Shown here piece by piece: positions 8,514 to 22,516 of a stretch of DNA of 64,000 nucleotides (within the stretch, counting starts at the first letter, position 1; every line of letters begins with the position of its first letter). Source of the stretch: Candidatus Dormiibacterota bacterium (GTDB taxonomy: Bacteria > Chloroflexota > Dormibacteria > CF-121). The notes beneath the pieces are model-generated. The model searched no databases. It was not told the DNA's origin and saw only the letters and a program-made list of their open reading frames with translations. The translations under genes and the position numbers were made by a program. Location: NCBI GenBank assembly GCA_036564925.1, contig DATCOB010000105.1, forward strand, positions 1,075 to 65,074, read 5' to 3'.

Positions 8514-9999
8514 CCGGCCCGCGTTGCTGGGCCTGACAGGCGCCGGCCTGTTTCTGGCCTCGCTCGACGGGTACGTCGTGGTCACCGCGTTGCTGCCGAT
8601 GCTGAAGTCGGTCAATATCGCTGTCAACCGGCCGGAACAGGCGACGCCGATCATCACCGGTTTCCTTCTCGGATACCTGGCGGTCATGCCCATCGCCGGC
8701 GGGCTCAGCGACCGCTTCGGGCGAGTGCGCCTGTTTGCCGCCTGCCTGGCCCTTTTCGCGTTGGGCTCGCTGCTCACCGCCACCGCACCATCCCTCTTCC
8801 AACTCGTCGCGGGCCGGGTGCTGCAGGGAGCAGGCGGCGGCGCCCTCGTGCCGGCGGTGCTCGCCCTGGCTGCGGATCTGTATCCTGCCGGGGAACGTAG
8901 CCCGGTCCTGGGTGCCGTCAGTGCGCTTCAGGAGGTTGGTAGCGTGCTCGGCCCCCTCTGGGGAGGACTGATCACCGCATCCACGCTGGGGTGGACGTGG
9001 ATCTTCTGGATCAACATTCCCGTCGCCGCGCTGCTCATGTGGGCGCTCTGGCCGGAGATTCGCGCGGGTGGCGAGGCACGGCGGCCGGCCAACGTTGACT
9101 GGCTTGGGGCGTTGTTGGCGACCGCTGGGCTCGCCTTTCTGACCCTGGCGCTCTACGCCGCCGATCCTGAACGGAGTCCCGTTGGCGAGGGCTTCCTTTG
9201 GCAGGCGCCGCTCGCCGCCCTGTGCTTTATCCTCTTCGTGCTGCACGAACGCAGGACCCCGCGGCCGTTGATCGATATCCGTCGATTCCGCGACTCCTCA
9301 TTCAGCGGTGCGGCGCTGGCCAATGCGATCGCCGGCGCAGGCTTGATGGTGTCACTGGTGTACATCCCGGTGCTCGCCAACGCGGTCTTCTCCATGAACG
9401 CGAGCAGTTCTGCGCTCCTGCTCTTCCGCCTCATGCTTGGAATCCCGATCGGGGCACTGCTCGGTGGCTGGCTCGCGCAACGCCTGCGCAGCTACCGGTT
9501 CGTCGCCGCACTGGGCCTGGGCCTGGCGGCACTCGGTTTCCTTCTGCTATCAGGCTGGAATGAAGGGTCGCTCCGGCCGCATCTCCTCGGTCTGCCGGTC
9601 ACGGTTGCCGCGGCGGAATTGTTCCTGACGGGCCTTGGCCTCGGCCTGGAGATCGCGCCGGTGAGCGCGGCCCTGCTGGACGCCGTTGGCGAGGGCGAGC
9701 GGGGCGCCGGGGCCTCCTTCCTCATCGTCATGCGGCTGATCGGGATGCTCGTCGGCTTCTCTCTCGTGGCAGGGTTCGGGCTGTGGCAGTTCCACCGCGC
9801 GACCGCCCACCTGCTGCCGCCGTTGCCCGGCTTGCTTCCAGACTTCGCCACCAGGTTCGCGATCTACACCCTCAAAGTAAGGCAGGCGATCTTCGACGAA
9901 TACCACCTGATCTTCCAGTCGACCGCGATCACCCTGATGATCGGCGCGGTGATTGCTGCCGTCACGCTTCGGCCGCTGCCGCGTCCCCGCTGGCATTGA
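8473..9999 (+). CDS. MFS transporter (about 14 TM, drug:H+ antiporter-like)
   Basis: 12-14 predicted TM helices and an MFS motif (GGLSDRFGRVRLF). Overlaps the upstream lipoprotein gene. The exact start is uncertain. Confidence 0.75.
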   Translation: MTSPFQSLRLRSVNRPALLGLTGAGLFLASLDGYVVVTALLPMLKSVNIAVNRPEQATPIITGFLLGYLAVMPIAGGLSDRFGRVRLFAACLALFALGSLLTATAPSLFQLVAGRVLQGAGGGALVPAVLALAADLYPAGERSPVLGAVSALQEVGSVLGPLWGGLITASTLGWTWIFWINIPVAALLMWALWPEIRAGGEARRPANVDWLGALLATAGLAFLTLALYAADPERSPVGEGFLWQAPLAALCFILFVLHERRTPRPLIDIRRFRDSSFSGAALANAIAGAGLMVSLVYIPVLANAVFSMNASSSALLLFRLMLGIPIGALLGGWLAQRLRSYRFVAALGLGLAALGFLLLSGWNEGSLRPHLLGLPVTVAAAELFLTGLGLGLEIAPVSAALLDAVGEGERGAGASFLIVMRLIGMLVGFSLVAGFGLWQFHRATAHLLPPLPGLLPDFATRFAIYTLKVRQAIFDEYHLIFQSTAITLMIGAVIAAVTLRPLPRPRWH

Positions 10000-10958
10000 G
10001 CGCCTACCTCGGCATCGACCTCGGCGGAACGCAGCTCCGCGTGGCCGTCGCGGATGGGCGCGGGCGCCTGCGGACGGTCCTGCGCCGGCCGACCGAGGCC
10101 CACCGAGGCCGGCAGCATGTGATCGATCGCATCGTTGTTGCCGTCCACGACGTGCTGGCCCTGGACCAAACGAAGGCTGCCTCGGTACGGGCGACCGGCC
10201 TGAGCATGCCGGGGCCGGTCGATCCGGCGGCCGGCACCGTGATCAGCCCGCCGAACCTACCGGGCTTCGTCAACGTTCCGCTGAACCGGATCTTGACCCA
10301 GTCGACGGGGATTCCGACGTTCCTCCATCATGACGCCCACCTCGCCGCCCTCGGCGAGTACCTCAAGGGCGCGGCGCGGGGCGCGGACAACACCGTCTAT
10401 GTCACGGTCTCGACCGGGATCGGGGCTGGCCTGATCCTCGACGGGGCGCTGTACGGCGGCGCGCATGGGATCGCGGGTGAGGTCGGCCACATCGTGGTAC
10501 AACCGCGGGGGCCGGTGTGCGCGTGCGGTAACCGCGGATGCGTCGAGGCGATCGCCAGCGGCACCGGCATCGCGCGTGCCGCTCGTGAGTCCGCCGGCGT
10601 CGATCCGCAGAGCGCGCTCCACCGGATCGACGCCCCCACCGCGGCCGACGTCGTTCGCGCGGCTCGGGCGGGCGACACGCTCGCGATCGCGCTGCTCCGT
10701 GATGCCGGCGAGGCCCTGGGGATCGCGATGGGGACGCTCGTGAATCTGTTCAACCCCGAGCTCATCGTGCTCGGCGGAAGCGTGGTGAACGCAGGGAGTC
10801 TTCTCCTGCGGCCGATGCGCCGATCGATGGACGAGTCATCCTGGAGGTCGGCTCGGCGCGGCCTTCGAATCGTCCGGCCGGCGCTCGGCGCCGATGCCGG
10901 ATTGATCGGTGCGGTCGAGTACGCGCGGCTTCGAGCCCGGCATGCCCGTCCGCGTTGA
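9996..10958 (+). CDS. ROK family sugar kinase (glucokinase-like)
   Basis: TTG start overlapping the MFS stop (ATTGA). N-terminal LGIDLGGTQLRVAV ATPase motif. ROK zinc motif GHIVVQPRGPVCACGNRGCVEA. Confidence 0.8.
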   Translation: MSAYLGIDLGGTQLRVAVADGRGRLRTVLRRPTEAHRGRQHVIDRIVVAVHDVLALDQTKAASVRATGLSMPGPVDPAAGTVISPPNLPGFVNVPLNRILTQSTGIPTFLHHDAHLAALGEYLKGAARGADNTVYVTVSTGIGAGLILDGALYGGAHGIAGEVGHIVVQPRGPVCACGNRGCVEAIASGTGIARAARESAGVDPQSALHRIDAPTAADVVRAARAGDTLAIALLRDAGEALGIAMGTLVNLFNPELIVLGGSVVNAGSLLLRPMRRSMDESSWRSARRGLRIVRPALGADAGLIGAVEYARLRARHARPR

Positions 10959-12336
10959 CCCCCCGGCGCCGCTTGCGCTCCGTCCCCTGTTCGAGGTGAT
11001 CGAAGCCGAGGCAGGCCGCCTCGGGTCGCGCGCGTTCGTCGTCGGGGGCTATGTGCGGGATCGACTGCTCGGGGGCGATCGTGAACTGGCGATCAAGGAG
11101 GTCGACGTGCTCGTCGAAGGTGGACAGGGCATCGCGCTCGCGCAGGCCTTCGCCAGGCGGGCCGCCGTCCATCCACCGGTCATCTTCGAGCGATTCGGGA
11201 CGGCGCGCGTGGAGGCAGGGGGATATGCCGTCGAGTTCGTGTCGACGCGGCGCGAGCGATACGATCGGACCAGTCGCAAGCCGGAGGTGAGCGCGGGCAC
11301 GCTGGAGGGCGACGTGATGCGGCGCGACTTCACGGTCAACGCCCTGCTGATGGATTGGGATGGCACCGTGCTCGACCTGACCGGCCGGGGACTGGACGAC
11401 CTTGCGGCGCGCCGGATTGTCACGCCGCTCGAACCGGGCGTCACCTTCGGCGAGGACCCGCTGCGAATGCTTCGTGCCGTCCGGTTCGCGACAACGTTGC
11501 GGTTCGCGCTGGATCCGGAGGTGGCCGGCGCCATCCGGCGCCAGGCCGACCGCCTGGGCCCACCGGTGGTCTCCATGGAACGGATCCGGGACGAGTTCGT
11601 CAAGGTGCTCATGGCCGAGGCCGTTCAAGAGGGCCTGACGATGCTCGACGATTGCGGGCTGCTCGCTCGGATCCTTCCCCAGCTCGAAGCCGGCAAGGGG
11701 ATGCAACAGGGCGGCTGGCACAGCCACGACGTGTTCGGCCACGGGCTCCTGGCCGCATCGCTGACGCGCGCTGACCCGATCGTGCGTCTCGCCGGCCTGC
11801 TGCACGATGTCGGGAAACCGGCGACCCACGAGATGCGGGACGGCAAGATCACGTTTCTCGGCCACCAGGAGGTGGGAGCCGCCATGGCCGCGGACGCGCT
11901 AAAGCGGCTGCGCTTTTCCGGCGAGGTGATCGACGGTGTGACCCGCCTGGTTCGCCTGCATATGCGTCCCATCCAGTACGACCCGGACGTCTGGGAGGAC
12001 CGGGCGGTTCGGCGGCTCGTCCGCGATGCCGGGCCGCAGCTCGACCGGCTGCTCGACCTGGCCAGGGCTGACATGCGGGCGAGCCGCTATCCGGAGGTGG
12101 CGAAGATCGATCACCTTGACGCTCGAATCCAGCGACTCGACGCCCGGGCGATCAACGCCATCCGTTCACCGCTGACGGGTGAGGCGTTGATGGCGGGGAC
12201 GGGGCGTCCGGCGGGGTCCTGGATCAAGCGGGCCAAGTCGGCGCTGGAGGAAGCCATTGTGGATGGCACGCTCACTCCCGATCCGGCGGCCGCCTGGGAG
12301 TACCTGAAGGCCCATCCCGACCTCCTCTCTTCGTGA
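10942..12336 (+). CDS. cca: CCA-adding tRNA nucleotidyltransferase with a C-terminal HD domain
   Basis: PolyA_pol head domain (GGYVRDRLLGG...DVDV), HD motif (HSHDVFGHGL...LHDVGKP). Internal ATG of track ORF 10909-12336 chosen to minimise overlap with the upstream gene. Confidence 0.8.
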   Translation: MPVRVDPPAPLALRPLFEVIEAEAGRLGSRAFVVGGYVRDRLLGGDRELAIKEVDVLVEGGQGIALAQAFARRAAVHPPVIFERFGTARVEAGGYAVEFVSTRRERYDRTSRKPEVSAGTLEGDVMRRDFTVNALLMDWDGTVLDLTGRGLDDLAARRIVTPLEPGVTFGEDPLRMLRAVRFATTLRFALDPEVAGAIRRQADRLGPPVVSMERIRDEFVKVLMAEAVQEGLTMLDDCGLLARILPQLEAGKGMQQGGWHSHDVFGHGLLAASLTRADPIVRLAGLLHDVGKPATHEMRDGKITFLGHQEVGAAMAADALKRLRFSGEVIDGVTRLVRLHMRPIQYDPDVWEDRAVRRLVRDAGPQLDRLLDLARADMRASRYPEVAKIDHLDARIQRLDARAINAIRSPLTGEALMAGTGRPAGSWIKRAKSALEEAIVDGTLTPDPAAAWEYLKAHPDLLSS

Positions 12337-13445
12337 AGGCCATTCGGACCTGGCCCTGGCCCTTCATGTTGCTGATCATCGGCGCGGGTGTAGCCACCAC
12401 CAGGGTCCTCCCGCCGATCGCCGTCTCATCCTCGATCGTGCTGGTCGTGTTCTTGCCGCCTCTCCTTTTCGACGCCGGCTTCTCGATGCAGGCCTCCGCC
12501 GTGCGGCGTGAGCTGCGCTGGATCATGCTGCTCGGACTCGCCGGCTCGGTCTTTGCTGGCGCGCTCGCCTTCACGTTCCTGATCACTGTCCGGTTTCCGG
12601 CCGGCGAGGCTCTGCTCTTATCCGCGGTCCTTGCGGCGACGGACCCTATCTCCGTCTTTGCCGCCTTGCGCCGGCTCCGAACGCCGCCCCACCTTCGGGT
12701 GGCGCTCGAGGGCGAGAGCCTTGTCAACGACGCCGTCGCGGTCGTGCTCTTTGCGATGGCCCTCGGAATCAGTCAGACCGGCCTCGCCGTGCCACTCGAC
12801 CTGGCAGGGCTGTTTGCGCGGCTGACCGTGGTCGGGCTCGGCATCGGCGCGATGATGGCCCTGATCACCCGGCGTGCGCTTGCGATCTTGCCGCGCTGGG
12901 GCGACATTCCGTTGACGGTGGCCGCCTCCTACCTCGCGTTCATCCTGGCCGACCGCCTCGGTGGCAGCGGGCTCCTGAGCGTGATCGTCCTGGCGCTCGT
13001 GCTTGGGACCGCCTCCCACGCCGGAGCCCACCGCCATGTCCATCGGTTCTGGCGGCAACTCGGCTTCATCATGGCCAGTGTTGTCTTCCTGCTGGTCGGC
13101 TTGCAGGTTCGCGCCGACGTCATCGCGACGGTCGGCGGGCGCCTGGCCCTCCTGGTGCTTGCGGTCTGGCTGGCCCGCCTGCTGATGGTCCTGTTGGTCA
13201 CGGCCCCCGCGCCTCGCCGCTGGCCGTGGCCTTTACGGGCGGCGCTCAGCTGGGCGGGACTGCGGGGCGCGCTCTCCCTGGCCCTCGCCCTCAGCATTCC
13301 GGCCGCGGTGCCGCAGCGGATGGAGATCCTGGCCCTGGTCTTCGGGTTCATCTTCGTGTCGCTCGCCGTCCAGGGCCTGTCGATGGGGCCTGTCTTCCGG
13401 CTGTTGGGCGTCGACGGCTATGCGGCGGTCACGACGGTTCGCTAG
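12333..13445 (+). CDS. Na+/H+ antiporter, CPA1 (NhaP-type) family
   Basis: About 11-12 TM helices. Conserved ATDPISVFAAL (CPA1 TDP motif) and GESLVNDAVAVVLF. GTG start overlaps the cca stop (GTGA). Confidence 0.75.
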   Translation: MKAIRTWPWPFMLLIIGAGVATTRVLPPIAVSSSIVLVVFLPPLLFDAGFSMQASAVRRELRWIMLLGLAGSVFAGALAFTFLITVRFPAGEALLLSAVLAATDPISVFAALRRLRTPPHLRVALEGESLVNDAVAVVLFAMALGISQTGLAVPLDLAGLFARLTVVGLGIGAMMALITRRALAILPRWGDIPLTVAASYLAFILADRLGGSGLLSVIVLALVLGTASHAGAHRHVHRFWRQLGFIMASVVFLLVGLQVRADVIATVGGRLALLVLAVWLARLLMVLLVTAPAPRRWPWPLRAALSWAGLRGALSLALALSIPAAVPQRMEILALVFGFIFVSLAVQGLSMGPVFRLLGVDGYAAVTTVR

Positions 13446-13528
13446 ACCGTTGCTCTGGTAAAATCTCGGAGCCGCGCCCGCGTCGGGGCACGCAGACCCA
13501 TCGAACGCTCACCGTGGAATAGGGGAAC

Positions 13529-13921
13529 ATGCTGCTCAGTCTTCGGCTCCTGCGACGGATCGCTCGGGAACTTCCCCGATACGGCAAGCTCACCTACTGT
13601 CTCTACCGAGATTCTCGCGTGCCGCAGCGCAACAAGCTGGCCCTGGCGGCGGCCCTCGCCCTGATCTTGAACCCTGCCGTAGACGTCCCGTTGCGTTTCC
13701 CGATCTTCGGCGAGATGGACGCCGTCGCCCTGTCCGTCCTCGCCATCCGCCTGTTCGTCGATCGGGCGCCGAAAGAGGTGGTGGCCGAACACGAGGAACG
13801 AATCGCGCTGGGCACCAGCGTCTTCGATCAAGACATGCGTCAAAGTCAGCAGGGGATTCGCGCACGCTTGCGCGACCTTCGTACGCGCGGCCAGAGGGCC
13901 ATGCGGCGGTCGGCCGTATGA
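13529..13921 (+). CDS. DUF1232 (YkvA-like) small membrane protein
   Basis: Pattern IPDFIPVLGYLDD-like segment ([20 protein letters not shown]) typical of DUF1232. 130 aa. Confidence 0.55.
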   Translation: MLLSLRLLRRIARELPRYGKLTYCLYRDSRVPQRNKLALAAALALILNPAVDVPLRFPIFGEMDAVALSVLAIRLFVDRAPKEVVAEHEERIALGTSVFDQDMRQSQQGIRARLRDLRTRGQRAMRRSAV

Positions 13922-14364
13922 AAGTCGTTCTCGTCGAGGATGTGAAGGGCACCGGGAAGTCCGGTGAGACGAAAGACGTGGCCGATGGCTACGCTCGCCA
14001 CTACCTGCTGCCGCGGAAGCTCGCCCAGCCGGCAACCAAGGGGGCCGTCGATCGCGTTGACCGCCAGAAGGCGACCGCCGTGCAGCGCGAGCAACGCGAA
14101 CTGGACGACGCGCGGTCCCTGGCAGGACGACTCGAGGCCGTCCAGGTGACCCTGAAACTGCGCGCCGGGAAGGACGGCAAGCTCTTCGGGTCCGTCACCA
14201 ATGCGGATGTCGCGTCGGCGCTGAAGCAGCAGCACGGGATCACGCTGGACCGGCGCAAGATCGACTTCCCGGAACCGGTCAAAGCCATGGGTCCGGCGAA
14301 GGCGCAGGTCAAGCTGCACCGCGATGTCAGCGCGAGCATCCCGTTGATGGTCACCACTGCTTAA
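13918..14364 (+). CDS. rplI: 50S ribosomal protein L9
   Basis: [37 protein letters not shown]-domain and C-domain. 148 aa. ATGA overlap with the upstream gene. Located upstream of dnaB, a common synteny. Confidence 0.9.
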   Translation: MKVVLVEDVKGTGKSGETKDVADGYARHYLLPRKLAQPATKGAVDRVDRQKATAVQREQRELDDARSLAGRLEAVQVTLKLRAGKDGKLFGSVTNADVASALKQQHGITLDRRKIDFPEPVKAMGPAKAQVKLHRDVSASIPLMVTTA

Positions 14365-14455
14365 CGTCAGGAACGCGCCGGCGTCCCAGCCGGCAACCGG
14401 CGGCCGCCTCCCGCCACAGAATCTCGAGGCCGAGGCCTCGGTCCTGGGCTCGCTG

Positions 14456-18426
<3,971 letters not shown>

Positions 18427-18484
18427 ATCGACGGCTCTAACGACAAAGGTCTGTTATCCTTACACCGTTTTTCGGGCACTCCAT

Positions 18485-19786
18485 TTGAGATTTCCGCGCC
18501 GTCTGGTTTCCTTCACGCTCATCGCCGTGGCCGCCGGGTCGGTTTTGCACGTCGCCGGCGCCACCGCCGCCGAAACCCACTGGCTCGCGCTTGGGGCGCA
18601 GCAGCCCGGTGAGTCCGACCGGCCGACCTGGTCCCTCGCCGTAGCGCCCGGCCAGCCGGCTGTCATTCTCGCCGCCACGCAGGGCCGCGGTGTCCTGCGA
18701 AGCGCCGACTCCGGTGCCACCTGGACACCCGTCATCCCGCAGGCGGAGGCGGCGTGGGTGGTGCGATTCGACCCGCAGCGCGCGGGGCTCGCGTACGCCG
18801 GCACCCAGACAGCCGGGCTCTTCAAGTCAGTCGACGAAGGCCGGACCTGGACCGCGGCGAGCCAGGGTCTACCGTCGGATGTCCGGTCGATCGAAATGTC
18901 GGCCGGGACGATCCTGGCGGGGACGGCCATGGGCATCTACTACTCGACCGATTCGGCGATGAGCTGGCATGCCCTCGGCCTGAGCGACCTCGACATCGCG
19001 GCCGTCGCGATGCTGCCTCGGACTGGCGGGTTCACCATCTTCGCGGGCGCCGACAATGGTGCGCCGGGCTCCGACAGCGGTACCTCCGGCGCGGGGTATC
19101 TGCTCAAGAGCGACGATCTGACGGGCAGCTGGCGCGTGGTCAAGGGCAACTTTCCGGGCGACGCGACGGTTGCCTCGATCGCGGTCGCCGCGGCCCCATC
19201 GGGTGGCACGGAGCCGCCCGTGATCGTGGGGACGTCGCAGGGCCTGTTTCGAAGCGATGACCGCGGAACAAGCTGGAGTCCGCTCAATGGACTCCCCACG
19301 GCCGACTTCAATGTGGCGGTCTTCAATCCGGCAAACCCCGACCAGATCTACGTCGGCAGCGATGGCGATCAGGGGAACGGAGGGGTCTTTCGATCCCTCG
19401 ATCGAGGCTCGAGCTGGAGCACGTTCGGCACCGGGCTCCCGGCGCGCCCTCGAATCACCGCGTTGGTTCTGCGGCCACTCAACCCACCCGAGATCGTCGC
19501 CGCGTCCTGGAATCCGACCAGCGGCCAGGCCGGCGCCTACCGGATCGCCGATCCAGCGGCCGCGGTCGTTGGTGTCGCACCGTCAGTGAGTGGATCGGCC
19601 GCGGCCCGACCCACGCCGGCCCCTCCCGTGACCGCGGCGGTGCCAGTGGTCACCCGTCCGCATGTCAACCAACCGGCATCCGCGACCTATGCGGTCGCGC
19701 TGGCCGTCCTGATGGCACTGGTGCTGTTCGCGCTGGTGCGTCGCTGGCGGATGCGCCGGGAAGACCGCCGCACCTACTCGCCGTGA
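18485..19786 (+). CDS. Secreted BNR/Asp-box repeat protein (Ycf48/sialidase-like beta-propeller) with a C-terminal Pro-rich region and TM anchor
   Basis: N-terminal signal peptide. Six SxDxGxTW-type Asp-box repeats (SADSGATW, SVDEGRTW, STDSAMSW, SDDLTGSW, SDDRGTSW, SLDRGSSW). C-terminal TM AVALAVLMALVLFALV. Confidence 0.7.
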   Translation: MRFPRRLVSFTLIAVAAGSVLHVAGATAAETHWLALGAQQPGESDRPTWSLAVAPGQPAVILAATQGRGVLRSADSGATWTPVIPQAEAAWVVRFDPQRAGLAYAGTQTAGLFKSVDEGRTWTAASQGLPSDVRSIEMSAGTILAGTAMGIYYSTDSAMSWHALGLSDLDIAAVAMLPRTGGFTIFAGADNGAPGSDSGTSGAGYLLKSDDLTGSWRVVKGNFPGDATVASIAVAAAPSGGTEPPVIVGTSQGLFRSDDRGTSWSPLNGLPTADFNVAVFNPANPDQIYVGSDGDQGNGGVFRSLDRGSSWSTFGTGLPARPRITALVLRPLNPPEIVAASWNPTSGQAGAYRIADPAAAVVGVAPSVSGSAAARPTPAPPVTAAVPVVTRPHVNQPASATYAVALAVLMALVLFALVRRWRMRREDRRTYSP

Positions 19787-20280
19787 GTAGCTCGTGGAGC
19801 GCCGAGGTCGCCCTGCGCGAGCTCGGCATCGAGTTGCCGGCCCCGCCCAGGCCACTGGCGTCCTATGTCCCCGTGCAACAGGTCGGCGAGCTCCTGTACA
19901 CCTCAGGGGTGATACCCAACTGGAACGGCGAAGTCCGCTATCGCGGGGTGGTCGGTCTCGACCTCGACGTCGCCGAAGGCGCTCGGGCTGCCGAGATCTG
20001 CGCGCTCAACATCCTGAGCCTCGTCCGGCACCATACCGGCTCCCTCGACGAGGTCGAGCAATTCATCCAGCTGAGCGGATTTGTTCGCTCGGCGCCCGGG
20101 TTTTCGGATCAGCCGGCTGTCCTCAACGGCGCGTCGGACTTGATCTACCGGATATTTGCGGAGCGTGGGCGGCATACCCGCCAGGCGCTGGGAACCAGCG
20201 AATTGCCGCTCGGCGTCCCGGTCGAGATCTCGGCGATCATCCGGCTTCGGTCGCGGCCGACAGTGGTAGGCGAATCGTAA
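19783..20280 (+). CDS. RidA/YjgF family protein (reactive intermediate deaminase-like)
   Basis: YjgF/chorismate mutase-like fold signature (PAVLNGASDLIYRIFAERG...TSELPLGVPVEISAII). 165 aa. ATGA-type overlap with the upstream gene. Confidence 0.75.
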   Translation: MSSSWSAEVALRELGIELPAPPRPLASYVPVQQVGELLYTSGVIPNWNGEVRYRGVVGLDLDVAEGARAAEICALNILSLVRHHTGSLDEVEQFIQLSGFVRSAPGFSDQPAVLNGASDLIYRIFAERGRHTRQALGTSELPLGVPVEISAIIRLRSRPTVVGES

Positions 20281-21724
20281 AGGTCGCGCCCCTGCCTGGC
20301 TCGCTCTCGGCGTCGATCCGGCCGCCATGGGCCTCCACGATCGAGCGGGCGATCGCCAGGCCCAGGCCGGAGCCGCCGGTCGATCGGTCGCGGGCTTTCT
20401 CCCCGCGGTAGAAGCGTTCGAAGATGTGGGAGAGATCCTGCGCCGGGATGCCCGGGCCCTCATCTCGCAGCCGAATGATGGCCTCGCCCTTCTCCGAGAG
20501 CGCGCTCCACTGTTGCGCGGCGCCCGGCGCGTACTTCAGGGCGTTCTGGGCCAGGTTGCTGATGACCTGTTTGAGGGCGTCCGGGTCCGCCTCCACCACC
20601 AGCCCAGGTTGCAGCGATCGCGACTCGGCGACGCCCCTCCCCTGCACGTTGATCTCGTCGAGGGCTTCGCTCAACCACGAGTCCACACGTAGCGGCCGCC
20701 GGTTGGACGGGCCGCGCGACTCGAAGCGAGTCAGAGTGAGCAGGTCGTTGACCAGCCGGGTCATCCGCGTACTCTCACGCTGCATCGCCGACAGCGAGCT
20801 CTGCAGGAGTTCCGGTTCGACGCTGCTACGCCTCAAGAGGACATCGATGTAGCCGGCGATCGAGGTCAGCGGAGTGCGGAGCTCGTGCGAGGCATCGCCG
20901 ACGAACTGCCGCATTCGCTCTTCGGATTGTCGCCGGATCTCGAAGGCCTGATCGACGCCGGCGGCCATCTTGTTGAAGGCCTCCGCCAGGTTGCCGATCT
21001 CGTCGCCGGTGTTCGTGGCCGAAACCCGCTGCTTGTAGTCGCCGGCTGCGAGCGCCCCGGCGCTTCTCGACATCTGTTCCAACGGATGCAGCGCCCGCCC
21101 GACGATCAGTGGGCTCAGCGCCAGGGCAAGCAGCAGCAGCAGGAGCGATCCGGCCACTGCGACCTCGCGATCGAGCCTGAGGGTTCGGTCGATGTCGTCG
21201 GTTGAGATCGCCAGCTGCGCCAGGCCGATCGGTCGCGTCCCATTCCTGATCACATTGAGGACGAGGAGGTAACTGGTTGGGGCATCGCCGGTCGCCGTGT
21301 AGTACGGTAGCGGCTTCGTCCGGATGGCGGCCAGGTAGTCCTGTGTCCGCAGGGTCGGGACGTCAGCCGGGCCAATGGTGGCGGGTGCGGCGGCGACCAG
21401 ACCACCGTTGACATCGAAAATGGCGGCGGAGATACGGCGCGAGCGCAATTGCGTCGCGAATTGCTGCGAGAGAAGGATGGCGCGAACGGGCGCTGCGGCG
21501 GTGCCGCTGGTGCCGGGCAGGGAGAGGCCGATCCGCGCGGCGTTCTGGCGGCGGAATGCCTGAAGGACGGCGCTGTACTCGCTCGTGAGGACATCCGCGT
21601 TGCTCCGGAACAGGACTTCGCGGGCGGCGAAATACTGGGCGGTGCCACCGAGGAGCAGCAGCACGGACAAGAGACCGAGGTAGAAGAAGGTCAGCCGCCA
21701 GCGAAGGGAGCGAAAGTGCGACAT
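20237..21724 (-). CDS. Sensor histidine kinase (TM, HAMP, HisKA, HATPase_c)
   Basis: Two TM segments. HAMP and H-box FVGDASHELRTPLTSI. N, G1 and G2 boxes (NALKYAP, DEGPGIP, GGSGLGLAIARSIV). Located downstream of the response regulator on the same strand. Confidence 0.85.
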   Translation of the reverse strand: MSHFRSLRWRLTFFYLGLLSVLLLLGGTAQYFAAREVLFRSNADVLTSEYSAVLQAFRRQNAARIGLSLPGTSGTAAAPVRAILLSQQFATQLRSRRISAAIFDVNGGLVAAAPATIGPADVPTLRTQDYLAAIRTKPLPYYTATGDAPTSYLLVLNVIRNGTRPIGLAQLAISTDDIDRTLRLDREVAVAGSLLLLLLALALSPLIVGRALHPLEQMSRSAGALAAGDYKQRVSATNTGDEIGNLAEAFNKMAAGVDQAFEIRRQSEERMRQFVGDASHELRTPLTSIAGYIDVLLRRSSVEPELLQSSLSAMQRESTRMTRLVNDLLTLTRFESRGPSNRRPLRVDSWLSEALDEINVQGRGVAESRSLQPGLVVEADPDALKQVISNLAQNALKYAPGAAQQWSALSEKGEAIIRLRDEGPGIPAQDLSHIFERFYRGEKARDRSTGGSGLGLAIARSIVEAHGGRIDAESEPGRGATFTIRLPLSAATEAG

Positions 21725-21741
21725 GGGTTAGCGCCGGCGGA

Positions 21742-22443
21742 TCACGCCCTGATGCGGTAACCGACGCCCCGGACCGTTTGGATCAACTGGTGGCTCTCAT
21801 CACCGAGTTTCTGTCGCAAGTATCGGATGTAGACCTCGACGTTGTTGGCGTCGCCGAAAAAGTTGTAGCCCCAGACCTGATCCAGGATCCGCTCACGCGG
21901 CAAGACCTGGTTTGGGTGCATCATCAGCAGTCGGAGCAAGTCGAACTCGCGAGCCGAAAGCACGATCGCCCGGCCGTCGCGCCGCACCTCTCTCGTCGAC
22001 TCGTTCATCGTCAGATCCTGGACCTGCAGTTGCGGTCCGGCGGTCGGGTTGCGTCGACGCATGACGGCCCGGATGCGGGCCAGCAACTCGCCGAAGTCGA
22101 AGGGCTTGACGAGATAGTCGTCCGCTCCGACCTCCAACCCCTTGATGCGATCCTGGACGTCGTCCTTCGCCGAGAGGATGACGATGCCGGTGTCCTTGTT
22201 TCCTCGCACCGCCGCCGCGACAGCCAGCCCGTCCATCTTCGGCATCATGATGTCGAGCACGACCACGTGCGGCTTGAACTCGCTGATCAAGCGGAGGGCC
22301 GTCTGGCCGTCGGGTGCGGTTTCCACCTGGAACCCCTCGTATTGGAGCCCGAGCCGGATGAAGTCCACGATGCTCCGTTCGTCATCGACGACCAGCACCC
22401 GTGGCGCCCGGGCTTGACTCTCGGATAGGGCCGTGTCAGCCAT
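21742..22443 (-). CDS. OmpR/PhoB-family response regulator
   Basis: Receiver domain (VLVVDDERSI...D...K) and winged-helix trans_reg_C (VWGYNFFGDANNVEVYIRYLRQKLG). Confidence 0.9.
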   Translation of the reverse strand: MADTALSESQARAPRVLVVDDERSIVDFIRLGLQYEGFQVETAPDGQTALRLISEFKPHVVVLDIMMPKMDGLAVAAAVRGNKDTGIVILSAKDDVQDRIKGLEVGADDYLVKPFDFGELLARIRAVMRRRNPTAGPQLQVQDLTMNESTREVRRDGRAIVLSAREFDLLRLLMMHPNQVLPRERILDQVWGYNFFGDANNVEVYIRYLRQKLGDESHQLIQTVRGVGYRIRA

Positions 22444-22516
22444 GCCAGCCCAAATATAACGGCGATCCGTCGGAAATCCCGGCTCTGGCGCCGCTTCTCA
22501 GCCGTATCTAAGGAAG

